Source: Spirogloea muscicola
Taxonomy: Eukaryota
Direction: 5' to 3'
Assembly: GCA_009602725.1 (NCBI GenBank)
Contig: WELB01000027.1
Location: 620,738-679,255, forward strand
Length of the DNA stretch: 58,518 nt
In this document: one piece after another, positions 1 through 15,706 of the stretch
How positions within the stretch are numbered: the first letter of the stretch is position 1
Layout of the letters: every line of letters starts with the position of its first letter
The notes under the pieces: model-generated
What the model was told of the DNA's origin: nothing
What the model saw: the letters and a program-made list of their open reading frames with translations, nothing else
The model's database searches: none
Translations under genes and position numbers: made by a program

Positions 1-210
1 CGCCGCCGCAAGTCGCGGCGCAGGGCCCGCCCGCGCCTCCGGCCGCGGTGCAGCCAGAGCGCCCTCGACGGTGCGGCGGCAGCCAGCGGCAGGAGCCCGC
101 TGGCGTCGCTTGCCTTTGCGCCGCCACGCCGCCACTCCGTCTGCCGTCGTCGCCACGCAAGAGGAGCTGAAGTGCGCGCCGTCTCCCGCGGCGCGCATTG
201 CGGCGGGCAG

Positions 211-3200
211 CGACCCGTACGTGAAGCTGCAGGTCGGGGAGGCCAAGGCCAAGTCGGCTGTGGTGTACAAGAGCCTCAACCCCGTGTGGAACGAGGAATT
301 CACCTTCGACGTCCGCTCGCCGCAGTCCGACGTCCTCCAGGTGGCCGCCGCCGCCTCGCCGCTACAGCACCACCGCCTGGCGCCGCAGCCGAGCTGCCAT
401 GGCTGCTCATTGTACGCCTGTCATGAGTGCTGGCATTAGCTGCTCCAGCTTGCCTGCCAGTGACTGAGGCCGTCTTAAGTGAATGTAAGGCTGCATAGTT
501 GGACCTCATGACGAGTAAGACGAGTAGTCATGCGGTGGGCTCCCATGAGTCGAGCATTATTTTTTCTCTTTTGTTTTACGTCTGACATCCTGGCCAGCTC
601 TGATGGCCGCGGACACGCATCAGCGGGAACAATGGTTGCAATGACCTCTGCTGTGGCTATGCTCCTGCCGCTCCTTCTGTGGACGTGCCAGAGACCAGGC
701 CTCCGCCCACAAATACCATGCTTGGTGCGCCGCAGAAGCTGAGGCAGGGCTGCCATATCTTAGCAGATGATGCTGTGGGACGAGGACTATATGTCGCGCG
801 ACGACTTCCTTGGGCAGCTGCGCATTCCGGTCGCGGATGTGGCGGCTGCTGACGGCCAGACCCTGCCACCGACCTGGTACCCGCTCCAGAAGCGCAGCGA
901 CAAGTCCCACGTTCGAGGTGCACTTGTGCTGCTCCCCTCGGATGCTGCTGTAAGAGCTCTCCAGTATGTCCTGACATCGTTTGGGAAGTCACAAAGCGAT
1001 CTTGAGAACCTTCAAAGAGGATGAAATTTGGTGTGTGCATGCATGTGCAGGCGACATCCTTGTGGCGCTTAGCCTGTATGGCAAGTCCGACACGGAGCCA
1101 AATTCCCCGGCGGGCTCTCTCAATGGCTCGTCCCGCCGGTCATCGGAGACCCTTTCAGGCTTGCTCGCAAGCTCTGATGACACTTCAACCACAGTCAATG
1201 GGATCCCGACGTCCGGCGAGCTGTTGCGCACAGACTCGACTGCGTCATCGGACGCTTCGACCGACTCCAATGTGAGCTGGTCCTCATCGCCAAAAGCATC
1301 GCAGTTGCTCCACAGTTGCCGGTGTGGCGCAGCTGATGCGCACCCTGCGTTTGGTCGTGGCTGCAGCAGGGGAGAGCCGTGCTCCCGTCCCGGCCGTCGC
1401 TGCGGCACCGCATCGCGGCTTCGCTCACGCACACTGGCAGCATGCCAGTGGTCCCCTCCCCTAGGTGCGCATCACAGTACCACCTGGCCATGCGGCACGA
1501 CTTGGCTGTGGCGCGCACTGTTGTCAGGGGCGTGGCAAAGCTTTGACTTGGCTCCATTTTGCTAATAACAGTGATAATACTAATGACAATATTGATAATG
1601 ATCTGCGTTTGTGAGAGCTGACACAAGGCTGCAATGCTGCTACTGCAGGACGGCGGTGGTCACGACACACCTGGCCAGCATGCCGCACCTGCGAGGGGCC
1701 GGCACGCCAGGCTCTCCAACGGTGGCCATGCTCGCCAGTCCCTTGTTGGTGGGTTCTCGTGCTGTTCCTCCGTTACCAAAGCGGCTCACCATATGCCTAT
1801 AGCCTGTCGCATGTTGCCGTGGTAATAAGTATATCAGGTGGTGCTAATTAGCCTCCCCAGCATCTTGTGGCCGCAGAGTGGTGTTGCAGAGAGAGCAGCG
1901 GCAGGCGACAGTCTCAATAGTGGTAGTGACGGCGCTCAAGAGGAGCTCTCATTGGAGTGGTTCAGCGAACCTCGCAAGGACGCTAGTGCGGGGCCGATGC
2001 CGCCGCCGCTTCCTGGTGGCATTGTCCTCAACCAGATGTTCGACGCCTCCGTCCAGGTCCGCCCCCTGTCACTTGTGCATATTGACGCCATGACGATTTC
2101 CGGTTTGACAAGCAGTTAAGCGCATGTATGCATGTGTAAGCTGTGTGATAGAAAGACTGAAGCCTCCACAAGCTGTAATCGCAGGAGCTGAACGAGGTGA
2201 TGTGGAAGCCTGGGAGTGCATTCCGAGATGAGATGACGGCAGCCGCCAAAATTTCACAGGCTGAGTTCTCACCCTGGCGGCGGTTGCCCGACGGCACTAT
2301 TCAGCGCTCATTCTCGTACATGGTTCCGGCCTCATCCCTTGTCAAGGCGTACAAGGTACAAATGTGGCTACAGAGTTTGATGGTGCTCCCTCTCCTGCCT
2401 GCCACATCCTTTGGGCGCTCAATCACATCGTCAAGCGGACCTCAAGGCTCTGATTGTGCTGATGCGGTGCAGGCTACGGAGACGCAGACATACCGCCGTG
2501 CCGACCAGGCGGGCTACCTCGTGGATGTGTCAGTGTCCACGCCCGACGTGCCATATGGGAGCACATTCCGCACGGAAATGCAGTTTTTGCTTGAGCCGAG
2601 CTCCCTCAGTGCGCTACTAATCCCACTTGGATGACGAAGATCTTGTTTTACTTAGTCGTTGATCCCATGATCAACAACTACATAAGAGGAATGGAAGCGG
2701 AGCCCCTCACTGTGACTGTTTGGGCAGGTCCACAGGGAACTGACGGTTGCTGTTGTTCTGGCCTTGCAGACCCGCAGCAGTCCCGCCTCCGGGTGTCATG
2801 GCGCGCCAACTTCTTGCAGAGCACCATGATGAAGGGCATGATTGAGGGCGGCATGCGCTCCGGCATCCGTGACGCATACATCCTTTACCTCAAGGTTCAC
2901 AATGCGACTATGCCCCCTCCAGTGATGCCAGCTCTCCTTGATAGCACATTGATCTGTCACATGAGAAACTCCTGAAAGTAGAGGTGGTCAGTGGCTGCTG
3001 TGACTGGCTCGCACCTCTTCAGCCCTACTCTGACATACTCGTCTATGGCCGTTTTGCTTGACCAGACGCTGTCGCCAAAGTACGTGAAGCCAGCAGGCAG
3101 TGGGGATCGGGCGCTGGTGAAGGAAGAGATGAAGCCCATGTCGAATCTGGAGGTTGCTGTGGAGTTCTTTGGGCATCCCTGGGTTGGTATCAGCCTGGCC

Positions 3201-6200
3201 GTGTCGCTCCTCATCCTCGTCCATCTCTTGGGCTCGCGGCCAAAGGTGCGGCAGGGCATCGAGTTTTACGGCCTTGACCTGCCGGATTCAGTAGGTGAGC
3301 TCTTCTGGTCCGTGATATTCGCGCTGGCCGGCGAGCGTCTCATCTGGCGCGTCAACAAGTTTGTCCGTACACGTATACTGCAACGTGAGCTCCCCACTTT
3401 GTGCATTCTCTTGCTTGGCTTTGATAAGAAATGCAGATATGTTGTCTTTGTTGCTATTGCTTTTTCTTTCTGCAAGGCTAGGGGTCTAGTGTTAGTAAAT
3501 TTGTGTAAGAGCTACTCCTTCAACCTCTTTGCTTGACCGTTGCAATCAGGGGTAATAGCAAATGCCAAGGGCATTAGAGCAAGAAAGCCAACTGACACGC
3601 ACCGAACCTTTGGCTTAAGTACGTCCTGCCAGATGACACGTTGGGACATGTATATAGATTCCGACTGCCTTTGAAGCCATGTCTGGGCTGATTGCAGGCG
3701 GAGATCACGGGTTGAAAGCCAATGGCGAGGGTTGGCTGGTCACTGTGTCGCTGCTAGAGGGGCAGAGCCTGGCGGCCGCTGGCCTCACCGGCATCTCCGA
3801 CCCCTACATCACATTCACCTGCAACGGCAAATCGCGGACCAGCTCTGTCAAGCTCCAGACACTCAATCCCACATGGAACGGTACATGCTCCTCAACTCAA
3901 GCATGGCATCCTTCATGGGCTCTCCTAACTACCTGAAGCTCCACAGCAGGGGATCTTCTGCTTCTCGAATAGACATCATAACTGAGACATGTAGAGGTTT
4001 CTCAGTGAGTACAATGCTAAATCAAGCCAACTTACTTGAAGCTTTGCAAAGTCTGTAGCCAAGTTGTCTTGCTGAGGGGTCGAGTCTCATAGCTCTGGTA
4101 GTCGGCAGTGCGCGTGAAACGCCTGCTGGGTACGCTGGAGTCCCTTGTAGATGGAGATTTTCAAGCTTGTCGTGTAACATGTTGAACTGCAGAGATCTTG
4201 GAATTCGACGCCATGGATGACGCGCCATCAACGCTCTCGCTGGAGGTATTCGATTACGAGGGGCCGTTTGCACAGGCCGAGTCGCTGGGTCGCGCCGAGG
4301 TCAATTTCCTCAAGCTGTCAGCGGAGGCGCTCGGCGACCTGTGGCTCCCCCTGGAGGGCCGGCGGGCCAAGGCCGCTGGCTCCAAGATCCACCTCAGGCT
4401 CTTCTTGACCAACACACGGGACGGCGAGTTGCTGCAGCCTCTGATGCAGAGGGTGGAGAAGGAAGTCGGCACCAAGGCAAGCATAACTCACTCTAAGCTT
4501 AAAAAAGGCAGTAATACAGTGACCCATTGTTATGATTACTGCGAGGCAGTATTTATCAGCCCACATGCAAAACTTATGATTCTGCCCTGCAGATTGTGGC
4601 CGAGGCTAGATCACTGTATGAGTGCTGGACACAGTGCAGGGAGGTCGATCTGATATTTGCAACTTAGTGGTCATTCTGCAGATTGTCAAGCGGTCAGCTC
4701 AGAAGAATCTGTCGTTCCAACGGCTATTCTCTGTTCCAGAGTCAGAGTTCCTGATTAATGACTATTCCTGCTCCGTGAAGAAGAAGCTTCCACTCCAGGT
4801 CAATGTCAAGCTGCTCTAGATAAATACTCCTGTTATCTGTAATGCATGTATAGTGCTTGATGAGCAATACCTGTTATCATGCTCAAACATGCTGGTCCTG
4901 GGTGGCAGGGCCGCCTTTTCGTCTCCCCACGGCAGCTTGGGTTCTACTCCAATCTCTTTGGCCACAAGGTCAAGTTTGCAGTAATGTGGGAGGACATTGA
5001 CGAGATCAAGGAGAATGCAATGTCCATCAACTCCTTCAACCGCATGATTAATCCGTCCATCACGCTTTACATCCGCAAGGGCAGGGGCGGAGACTCCCGG
5101 GTTGGGGCGTATGGGTCGGATGCTCAAGGCAGACTGAAGCTGCGATTTATGTCCTTTGTTCGTCCGGGCCCCGCTTTCAGGTCTGATACTTACTATAGTG
5201 GCAAAAATGCTACTGGGTGCTGACGTCAGAGAAGGTGGCAGGCGCTACAAGGGTTCATCTGTTACTTCTTTTGTGTGATGTCAGGCAGATCAATAGATCG
5301 CTGTTTCCGACATTAGAGTGCTTTGTGTGCCCCCCCTCCTGACTCTGCTTCTTGTGCACTTCAACCATTCTAGGACCATCGTAGTTCTCTGGAAGAACAG
5401 AACACTACCGCTTGACCAGCAAATCCAGAAGGTAGCCGAAGCGGAGGTCCGGGAAGGAGAAGGCCACATTCAAGAGAGCCAGCAGAAGCAGGCTGATGAT
5501 GAGGGCGCATTCTTGGGTGTCGACCCAGCAGAGATGGTGGAAGCTGCACAGCTTGAAGTCCCAATCACAGTGAGCCACTTGACTTCATATATGCCGTTTA
5601 TGATTTATGACTTCATTGCGCTTGAGTTGCTGCTGGTTCTTCTGGACCGTGGCCAGGAGATGGTGCTTCTGATGTGGTTTAGATGTCGCAGTCCCGCATA
5701 CTTGAGTAGAACCATTGCAGTTTTTGCAATTTCGACCATGTCCTGATCAAGCTGCATGTCTTTCACAAACACGTGTGCTCACAGGTAGCGCAGTTCCTGA
5801 GCCTGATGAACACGAAGCAGCTGGACCAGAAGGTTGCGGAGCATATGGGGCACCTGAACTATACGGCAACCGACTGGGAGCGCACTGGTGAGGAGCTCAA
5901 GATGCAGCGGGAGGTGAAGTACCAGTACTCGCGAAAGGTTTGCTCGTTCGGCACGGGGGTGACCATCATGCAGCAGAAGAGCCGCAACGCCGAGATGACA
6001 ATGTGCATGCTGGAGGAGCTCGTCACCCTGCACGATGTCCCATTTGGCGACCACTTCCAGGTGATGACGGGCAACTGCTAATTTACAGCCTACATTTTGA
6101 TAACACCATTACATGTAATATATGATCTGGAACCTTAGCTGCCTCTGAACCTAAGCTACCTGCATCCGACTTCACAGCCACCTGCATCGAAGGTGTATGT

Positions 6201-6597
6201 ATGAACAACTCCCTAGCCATTGCACAATCTGCTTCAGCGACCCAGCCTGTACCTAGCTCAACGCGTAGTTCCGCTCAGTCTCACACGGCAGGGATAAGGT
6301 GTTATATGTATGTGCTGCTCTTCTGATGTCATTGTCCTTAGCGACTGTACTGCCATGCAGGTCGAGACAAGGAAGGAGCTCCGGCAAATGTCAGAGAAGC
6401 CGGCGCTCTCAGAGCTCCGAGTGCTAGTGGGAGTGTCATGGCACAAGAAGACGCTGTTCCAAAAGAAGATTAGCGCTAATGTGATCGAGTACCACAAGCA
6501 GCACGTCAAGGACGTGGTGGACATTCTCGTCAAGGAGGTTCTCAGCCACACGCAGGGCTCTCTCAAGCAATCTGATGTGAAGCTCAGTGGCAATTGA
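211..6597 (+). CDS. C2 and GRAM domain-containing protein (C2-VASt-TM-C2-GRAM-VASt), multi-exon, probably 5'-partial
   Basis: Spliced exons give C2 #1 (SDPYVKLQVG...KSLNPVWNEEFTF 211-340; MLWDEDYMSRDDFLGQLRIP 767-918), VASt (VSTPDVPYGSTFRTE), a TM segment with GIEFYGLDLPDS, C2 #2 (SDPYITFTCNGKSRTSSVKLQTLNPTWN), GRAM (FLINDYSCSVKKKLPLQ|GRLFVSPRQLGFYSNLFGHKVKF) and a second VASt (TLHDVPFGDHFQV). Stop TGA at 6595-6597. No start codon identified in the window. Confidence 0.93.
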
Positions 6598-7261
6598 TGA
6601 ATTTATTCTCCATGGAGGCCAAATACTGGGCCTCTTTAGGGGCTGCTGACAGCCCCTTAGCCTCATGCACCGGCAGCATTTGCCCGTAGGGATGCCTATA
6701 TGCTTCAACCCAAAGCCCTTACCTCAAACCCGGAGTTGTGTGAATGGTAGGCTAGCTTACTATGGCAAGGCCTTCGTGCACCGCGCTTGGAGTTGCACAA
6801 GCGCCTACTCGTTTATGTATAGTTATTGTGCCCCTCCAAGTTGTTTTTCTCGCAAATTGTGCCACCGCCCATCTTTGTCGTCATGTTTGGAGCTTCCACA
6901 GCGTGTGGACTCTGCACGCCACACCACCAGCGCAGCTTGGGACACATCCAGCTGGCCACCTCTGGCCTTGCTGCTGCCGGAATGATTGTTTTCGCTGTTG
7001 CTTTGTGTACTTGTGACTTCACCTGAGTCAATGTTTGCTCGAGCAGAAAGGGCCATCTCCACGTTCTGACAGGTGTTCGAAGGTGCACAACTGCTGACGT
7101 TCTTGCTCTAGTTGGCATGACAGTGGGGAAAAACACCAAGCAGTATTGCCTCACATACTGGTGCAGCCCTTCCGGGTTTTTACAGCTCATGGCAGCTTCC
7201 TTTGTGACTTCAATGTAGCAACTAGTATCTTGCTTTTTGCGCCATCCGGCTCCTTCAGACC

Positions 7262-7492
7262 TTGTCCATTCCTTTGGGCTGGCCTCTCACAGCCACTGCT
7301 GTCAGTCTCACTGCTGTCAATCTCGGAGCGCTATTTCTGAATGTCGCACGCCTCACTGTGATAATGGCACGCCCAGGCACCCACTCCTTTGCTACTTCCC
7401 CAGCCACTACCTTAAAATTGGTCGACGAACTCCTTCCTTGTACACCTCTTTCTTCCTTTCTTTCTTTGGGCTGGCCTCTCACAGCCATTGCC
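7262..7492 (+). repeat. Two copies of the dispersed TTTGGGCTGGCCTCTCACAGCC motif (retroelement 3'-end relics)
   Basis: cctttgggctggcctctcacagccactgc at ~7271 and ctttgggctggcctctcacagccattgcc at ~7464. The same motif recurs at 37-41 kb and 49-51 kb. Confidence 0.85.
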
Positions 7493-7798
7493 GTAAAATA
7501 TAGTTGGAATCGTTGTTTCTCTTTAACAGCCCACAATTTCAATTTCAGTAGCCGCAATTCCCTTCGCACCCAGCTCCTTTCTCTCGAGCAGGTGACGTAC
7601 ATTTGTCCAATGTGCTTGCCTTTGTACTTGGCCACACATGGCCTCCCCATCTCTTAATATACACGCATTTCTTTCTCTCGAGCTGCTGCTTCGCAGCTCG
7701 CCGCCGCCGCCGCCGCGGCCGCCGNGCGGCGGAGCTGGCGGCGGCAGCAGCCGCAGTAGCGGCGGCGGCCCTGAGCGGGCGGCGGCGGCGGCGGCGGC

Positions 7799-9138
7799 AT
7801 GACGCCGGCGTTCGCGCTTTGGCTGGCGTCCTTCCTCGCCGTCGCCGCGCTCCTCGGCATCGTCATGTACATGGTGCGCAGCCGCCGAGCGGCGCTCAAC
7901 CCTGGAGGTTAGGGTTAGGTTTAGGGCTTTCAGGTTTAAAGCCCTAGTGCCCTGCTGCCTGGCTAGCCGCCGCTGCCCTCCCAAACCTGGCGGCCTGATT
8001 AGAGCCGCCTGACGTGAAAAGCCGAAGAGTTAAAAGCTGAACTAATAGCATAAAGGACAGGGGCGCTTCTAAGTACATCGAAGTTGGCAAGTATTGGGGG
8101 CTGAACACGTATCTCCATGTTCTTAAGGTGTCTCTCCATGTTCTTAATATCCGACACTTTGACCAACTGAATCATACTCACCAGTACTCACTACGTGACT
8201 CGGGTCTCTCAGTCTGACGCATCGGCGGCGGCAATTACTTGGGTGCAGCTCATCTGCCTGTCTGACCTGGAGAACGACTTCATAAACCCGCACGACTCGG
8301 CGTCGCGCATCAACCTCCTCGTTGCGCCCGAGGCGGCGCTCCATGCCGGCCTCTCCGTGCTGCACCTCGTGACGGGCCGCTGGGTCTTCGCGCTCCTCAA
8401 CGCGCCGCTCGTCGTATACCATGCCCGCCTGTAAGGAAACCCCTGCCTCTTTGCCCACTTAGCGCCAGCCACCTGTGCAGCTCTAGCTCGCCTGGCACTG
8501 TGAGAACGGCCCCACCTGAGTACACCGCAAGGCAGCCATGGCGTTTTCAGCATACTGTTGCAGATGGGCTGCCTTGATTAACCCTGAAGCCGGGCGCCGT
8601 GCCCGGCCGCCGAGTAGGCCTCGGCCAGGGCCTGACGGGAGGTCGTTTGGCATTGGCGGGAGCGGTGGTAGGTGGCAACGGCGAGAGCACCTCGTGGACG
8701 TTACGGAGATCTTCGTGCAGCTGCCAGCGGCGAAGAAGATGCGCCTGCTCAAGCTCTTCTTCTACCTCCTCCTCTTTGTCATCTCCATCTACAAGTCCGT
8801 TGCCACCACGATAGACAGCCTTGGCTGCCGCTATTGCAGCCTGCTGCTTGCAATCGTATTCGCTCCTGCCGGCAAGAACAACAGCTCTTCTGAACGCGAC
8901 ACAATATACAACCCTGATATATACAATCTAGTGTCTTTCTCATCACCTCAAAGTGGCAGAGATGGCTCAAGGAGTCTGACAGTGCCGCGCTCCAGGTACT
9001 TGTTGAGTAGCCTGCTTCTTGCCTATGCTGAACAATGGCCGCTCTCGCCCGTGTGGCCGCAGGCTGGTCGAGTCCACTGTCTACATGCTGATGGAGGGCG
9101 ACGGTGTTGAGCATGCGCACCACCGTGCCACACATTGA
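7799..9138 (+). CDS. CNIH: Cornichon family protein (ER cargo receptor), 4 exons
   Basis: MTPAFALWLASFLAVAALLGIVMYM | LICLSDLENDFINPHDSASRIN...FALLNAPLVVYHARL | WQRREHLVDVTEIFVQLPAAKKMRLLKLFFYLLLFVISIYK | LVESTVYMLMEGDGVEHAHHRATH*. Contains the cornichon DLExDxINP motif; GT-AG junctions. Confidence 0.92.
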
Positions 9139-10671
9139 CACCAGCTTGCTCTGCTGGTATATGAGCTCCATAGAAGTGCCCACTGGCCATCTGACAATGC
9201 AGGCCAACAAGGTGATGAAGCGCTTCTGGCTGCTGCCGAGCCAGCAGCCCTCGTGTCGATCATTCATGAAGCGGCCGATAAAGTGACAAGTGCTCCTCCG
9301 CGGTGGGCGACTAAGTGGCCTTTGCGATGTGCGAAGGCAAAGTAATGGCTGAGCAAGTAGGAGGACTTCTTTACCACTCAGCACCAGCTAATGCTGGCAT
9401 TCTGGGCACACTTAGGACATGTTAAATTGTGGGAGCATAGTCGATGATGTATCTATCGATCTGCTGCTGCTTCATGAGTGCGCCAATACCAGCAGGCAGT
9501 CCGACAACGTTGGTGATGAGGCTGCTATTGTCACACGAAGGCTCGCCTAGCCTGAGCTAGAGGCAGGCATCAGGCAGACTGGCCTCAGGAGGTACTTAAG
9601 GAACGCAAAGCAAGCACTGCATCCTTATTTTACTCATCACGCACCTCAGCGTGCAATTGCCTGTCTTGCGCCAGCAAGCGCTTAGTCTCTTGGCCCGAGA
9701 GAGAGGGCTGCCGCTGGAAGTGGCCACAACCAACTCAGAAAAGGCGAAGAAGAGGTGCTTTTGAGCTTGATTCAGGGAGGGAAGTGCTATTAATGGCCGG
9801 TCCTGGAGGCCAACAAGTCCGGCCTTTGGCAGGTTGCTCGGGGCTTAGAAGAACGTGGCTTACAGATGCTTCTCATCAGCTGATTGCCGTGTCTTGCCTT
9901 GCCAATGCTACCGCCTTTTGGTGGAATCCAGCTTCAAAAGATGTGGATTGTGGACTGTAGGCTTCTATTTGTACTTGAGGCTCCCATCAACAACTGTCCT
10001 CACTGGTGTTTGTGTATCACATGGAACTGTCAGCCTCACGACAACGTTCCAGGACCTATGCCCTGCACTTGCGCGCTGGTAATGCTCTGCTGCTGCTCTC
10101 GCAGCTCCCGCAGGGGGGCAGGACTGTCCCTGCTGACAGTCTCTCCAACATCAGGCAGCTGACTATGAGTTACTTGGTGATGGGGCACTTCGACGTTGCT
10201 CTGCTGGGCCCTGCTACTGGTGCTGCCCAATGTATACAAATATGATTTGACTTTGCAGAATGCAATCAGAATCAGAATCACAAAATGCCCCTTCCAACCA
10301 AGAGACTTGTCTTTGGGCTATGCCGACTCGTCTGAGCGGTGCCGCACACGGCAGCTTGCCACGTGGCAATGTTGACGCCGTCCATCGCACGCTCGGGAGC
10401 TCCATATCCCGGGCTGCCGTTAGGACGTTGACGGGAGGCGTCAGAGCCGCCGTGACTAGTCCCAGGTCCCGTGGCCCCTGTCGCAGCTCAACTGCCCCCG
10501 CGCGCCGCCATGGCCGCCGGGACTCGCGGCGGACATTGCGCCGAGGCGGGCGGGCTCTGAGCGCGGAGGCGGCGGCGGCGGTGGCGGCGGCGGCGGCGGA
10601 GCAGGGAGCCCCGACGCGCCGAGGTGGCCCAGAGGGGCCATGCTGGGCGGGGCGCCGTGGGGGCGGCGGCG

Positions 10672-11626
10672 ATGAAGAAGGCGCAGGCCAAGGCGCGGCG
10701 GCACATCTACAGCTCCGGCGCTGCCGGCTGCGGCGGCAAGGCCGAGCCGACGAGCGCCAAGAACACGGGCGAGGTGCAGCCTCCGAGGCCTCTCGGACCG
10801 CTGTCGTCGCGTCGCGGNGGCGGCGGCGACGCCGCGGCGCACGCTGCCGCGCTGCTGCCCGCGCTCACCGCCGCGTTCGCCGCCCTGCACCTGGGCTACT
10901 GCGCCGCGGTGCTGGTCAAGGACCGCGGCGCAAGTGCCGGCTTCCTGCGCACCGCCGCCGGCCTTTTCAGCCTCCTCGCCGCCGCCACTTTCCGGATGAG
11001 CAGGTCCAGAGTTCAAATCCCGCCTCCCACTCTCAAATTACGCGGTGTCGTCATATGCTTCAGTGGCTGCCATCTGGGCACCCAACAACCTGGCCGATTG
11101 TTCGGCATAAGTCCAGGCTTCTGAATCTGGCGGGCCTGGTAAGTGTGGCAGTCACATTGACGGCCACCCCAAAGAGCGGCAGGACCTGAGCCTGTCGCCG
11201 CGCTGCGCACCTTGCCGCTCCGCGCGCAGCTGCACAGGCATTGACGCATACATCCTCGGGCTTGGCGCGTCCATTGGTGTAATGCTGTGGACTGGTGAGC
11301 GTGCCCAGCCCTGACTTGCTCCACAGCCTCCAGTACTTCTTGGCAGGGGCCACAGTGAGGAGCGCATATGAGCCCTTGCCTGTAGATTCGACTGCTAGCT
11401 GAGTGCAGTCGAGTACGCGCAGCAGCAAAGCTTGCAATGGGCTTGACCTTCACGGCTGGTCAGCTACACCGAGCTCTGGCAAGGCCGTTCTGACACCGGC
11501 AGCTGACTGGCGCTTGCAGGCGAGCGATTCTGCGGGAAGAGGGAGGTTTGCCCCGCAGGCATCCTCACGACTCTTGCCGGCGGCATGTCATTCATCTTCA
11601 TGGCTGCGGTGTACTACCTTGTGTGA
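10672..11626 (+). CDS. Small multi-pass membrane protein, weakly TMEM14/FAX-like C-terminus
   Basis: Phase-consistent splicing: ...FAALHLGYCAAVLVKDRGASAGFLRTAAGLFSLLAAATFRMS (to 11003) | SCTGIDAYILGLGASIGVMLWT (11230-11294) | GERFCGKREVCPAGILTTLAGGMSFIFMAAVYYLV* (11520-11626). About 4 hydrophobic helices. The N-terminus is uncertain because of the N at 10818. Confidence 0.7.
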
Positions 11627-12897
11627 CAGTCGTTCCCCAATCTGCCGACGTCCTTGGGCGCTGCAGCCCTGCTATCTCGCCAAAGCTCCAGCGCTTGTAC
11701 AGAGCTCGAACTTCAGCCTCATGCCTGGCTTTCGCAAGGGTGCGCCAGCATCTGATCGGCTGCCGATGCAAGGCCTAGCCCCGTTGCTTTGAACATACTT
11801 ATGTCAATAAGCAGGTTCATGTACATATGCAACGTCTGCACTTCCATGAAGGTGTGGGTGTGGGTGGTCGATCTTGTTTGCTTGTCGGCCTAACCCCGGC
11901 ACTGGCGCTTGGGAGCCAATAGTAGCCACTGTGGGCTTAGCCATGCGAGACATGTATAATCTGTGGGCTCTTAACTCTGCGGGCTCACATGAGGACAACC
12001 TCCCGGCTTGCTCAAGCTAATAGCCTTTCGCCTGTCGTCTCCATCATATGGAGGCACCTCCACGGGTTCCCTTGTTGGCAGCTCCAGTCCACCCCTCCAC
12101 AGTCACTTCCTGAACCGCATGGCATGCATTTGTCATCTGCCTGCTGCTGTCGTGCGGAGCCCGTCCTACTCCTCCTTCGAGCAGTCTGCGAAATTGCTGT
12201 TGACCGGAAGTGGTGCCTCCAGGATGATCACTGGGTTGCTCATGTAGTGAGTGGCCGCCAGTGTATAGATGCAAGCCAGCTGGCACAGTTATTCTGTATC
12301 TTTTGCTGGCAAGAGATTGTCTAGCCACAGTCCAGATCGGGCATTGGCAGTGGTATGCCCCGACTCATCTGCTGCTGACAGTCTGCTTGTACAAATCAGC
12401 CCTCATGCCTGGTCAAGCAGCTGCAGAAGTAACTGATGATAGCAATGCCATTTGTGAAGGCCCTGCACGACTTGCTCTTACCTGCACCGGCTTGGGAAGG
12501 CCTGGCAATCAGGGCAAGCTCTGTCTGCTGTCAAGCTGCCTGATGCAGAAAAGTGTTCGTTGGTGGTACTAGTATCAAAGCTCTTCATTAGACAATTTAA
12601 GGCTATGTTACAGTGCCTGAGACCGCGCACAAGCTTGGCTTTGAATCAATTAATAAATGATAGGGGTAAGGTCATTGCTATAGTCAGTTAATGGTCAGGT
12701 CTGTCTCCTGGTCAACTGCAGTGGAGGCGAGCTCAGCACTATTGGAGGGGCAGGGCATGGGGGCAATTTGTGAGTGAGGTAAGAGGAGGAAGCTATGCTT
12801 TGATGCCCTTTGCAGCAATCAATACAGCCAGCAGGGTTGAACACAGATGTATACTGATCTAAGTGCCTGTACTTGGGTGGTTGAGGGGAACGGGGGC

Positions 12898-15015
<2,118 letters not shown>

Positions 15016-15175
15016 TCTCCGGCGGGGGCGGCGGGAGCTGCGGCTGGGGGCGCAGCCCCGCCTCCGTTCTGAGCGACCCGAGAGGAGTGGGGTTGTGGGC
15101 CCGGGCTGGCGGGGAGGGGCGGGGAAGGGGAGGGGGAAGGGGGGGGGAGGAGGGAGGGGGCCCGCTGACGGGCGC

Positions 15176-15706
15176 NNNNNNNNNNNNNNNNNNNNNNNNN
15201 NNNNNNNNNNNNNNNNNNNNNNNNNNNNNNNNNNNNNNNNNNNNNNNNNNNNNNNNNNNNNNNNNNNNNNNNNNNNNNNNNNNNNNNNNNNNNNNNNNNN
15301 NNNNNNNNNNNNNNNNNNNNNNNNNNNNNNNNNNNNNNNNNNNNNNNNNNNNNNNNNNNNNNNNNNNNNNNNNNNNNNNNNNNNNNNNNNNNNNNNNNNN
15401 NNNNNNNNNNNNNNNNNNNNNNNNNNNNNNNNNNNNNNNNNNNNNNNNNNNNNNNNNNNNNNNNNNNNNNNNNNNNNNNNNNNNNNNNNNNNNNNNNNNN
15501 NNNNNNNNNNNNNNNNNNNNNNNNNNNNNNNNNNNNNNNNNNNNNNNNNNNNNNNNNNNNNNNNNNNNNNNNNNNNNNNNNNNNNNNNNNNNNNNNNNNN
15601 NNNNNNNNNNNNNNNNNNNNNNNNNNNNNNNNNNNNNNNNNNNNNNNNNNNNNNNNNNNNNNNNNNNNNNNNNNNNNNNNNNNNNNNNNNNNNNNNNNNN
15701 NNNNNN
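15176..15706. other. Assembly gap (N run)
   Basis: Run of N. It probably hides the mnmA start and the shared CDKA/mnmA promoter. Confidence 0.99.

Noticed and set aside
9300..10450. Additional gene between cornichon and the membrane-protein gene
   Set aside because: Only short ORFs with no recognisable motif or consistent exon chain.
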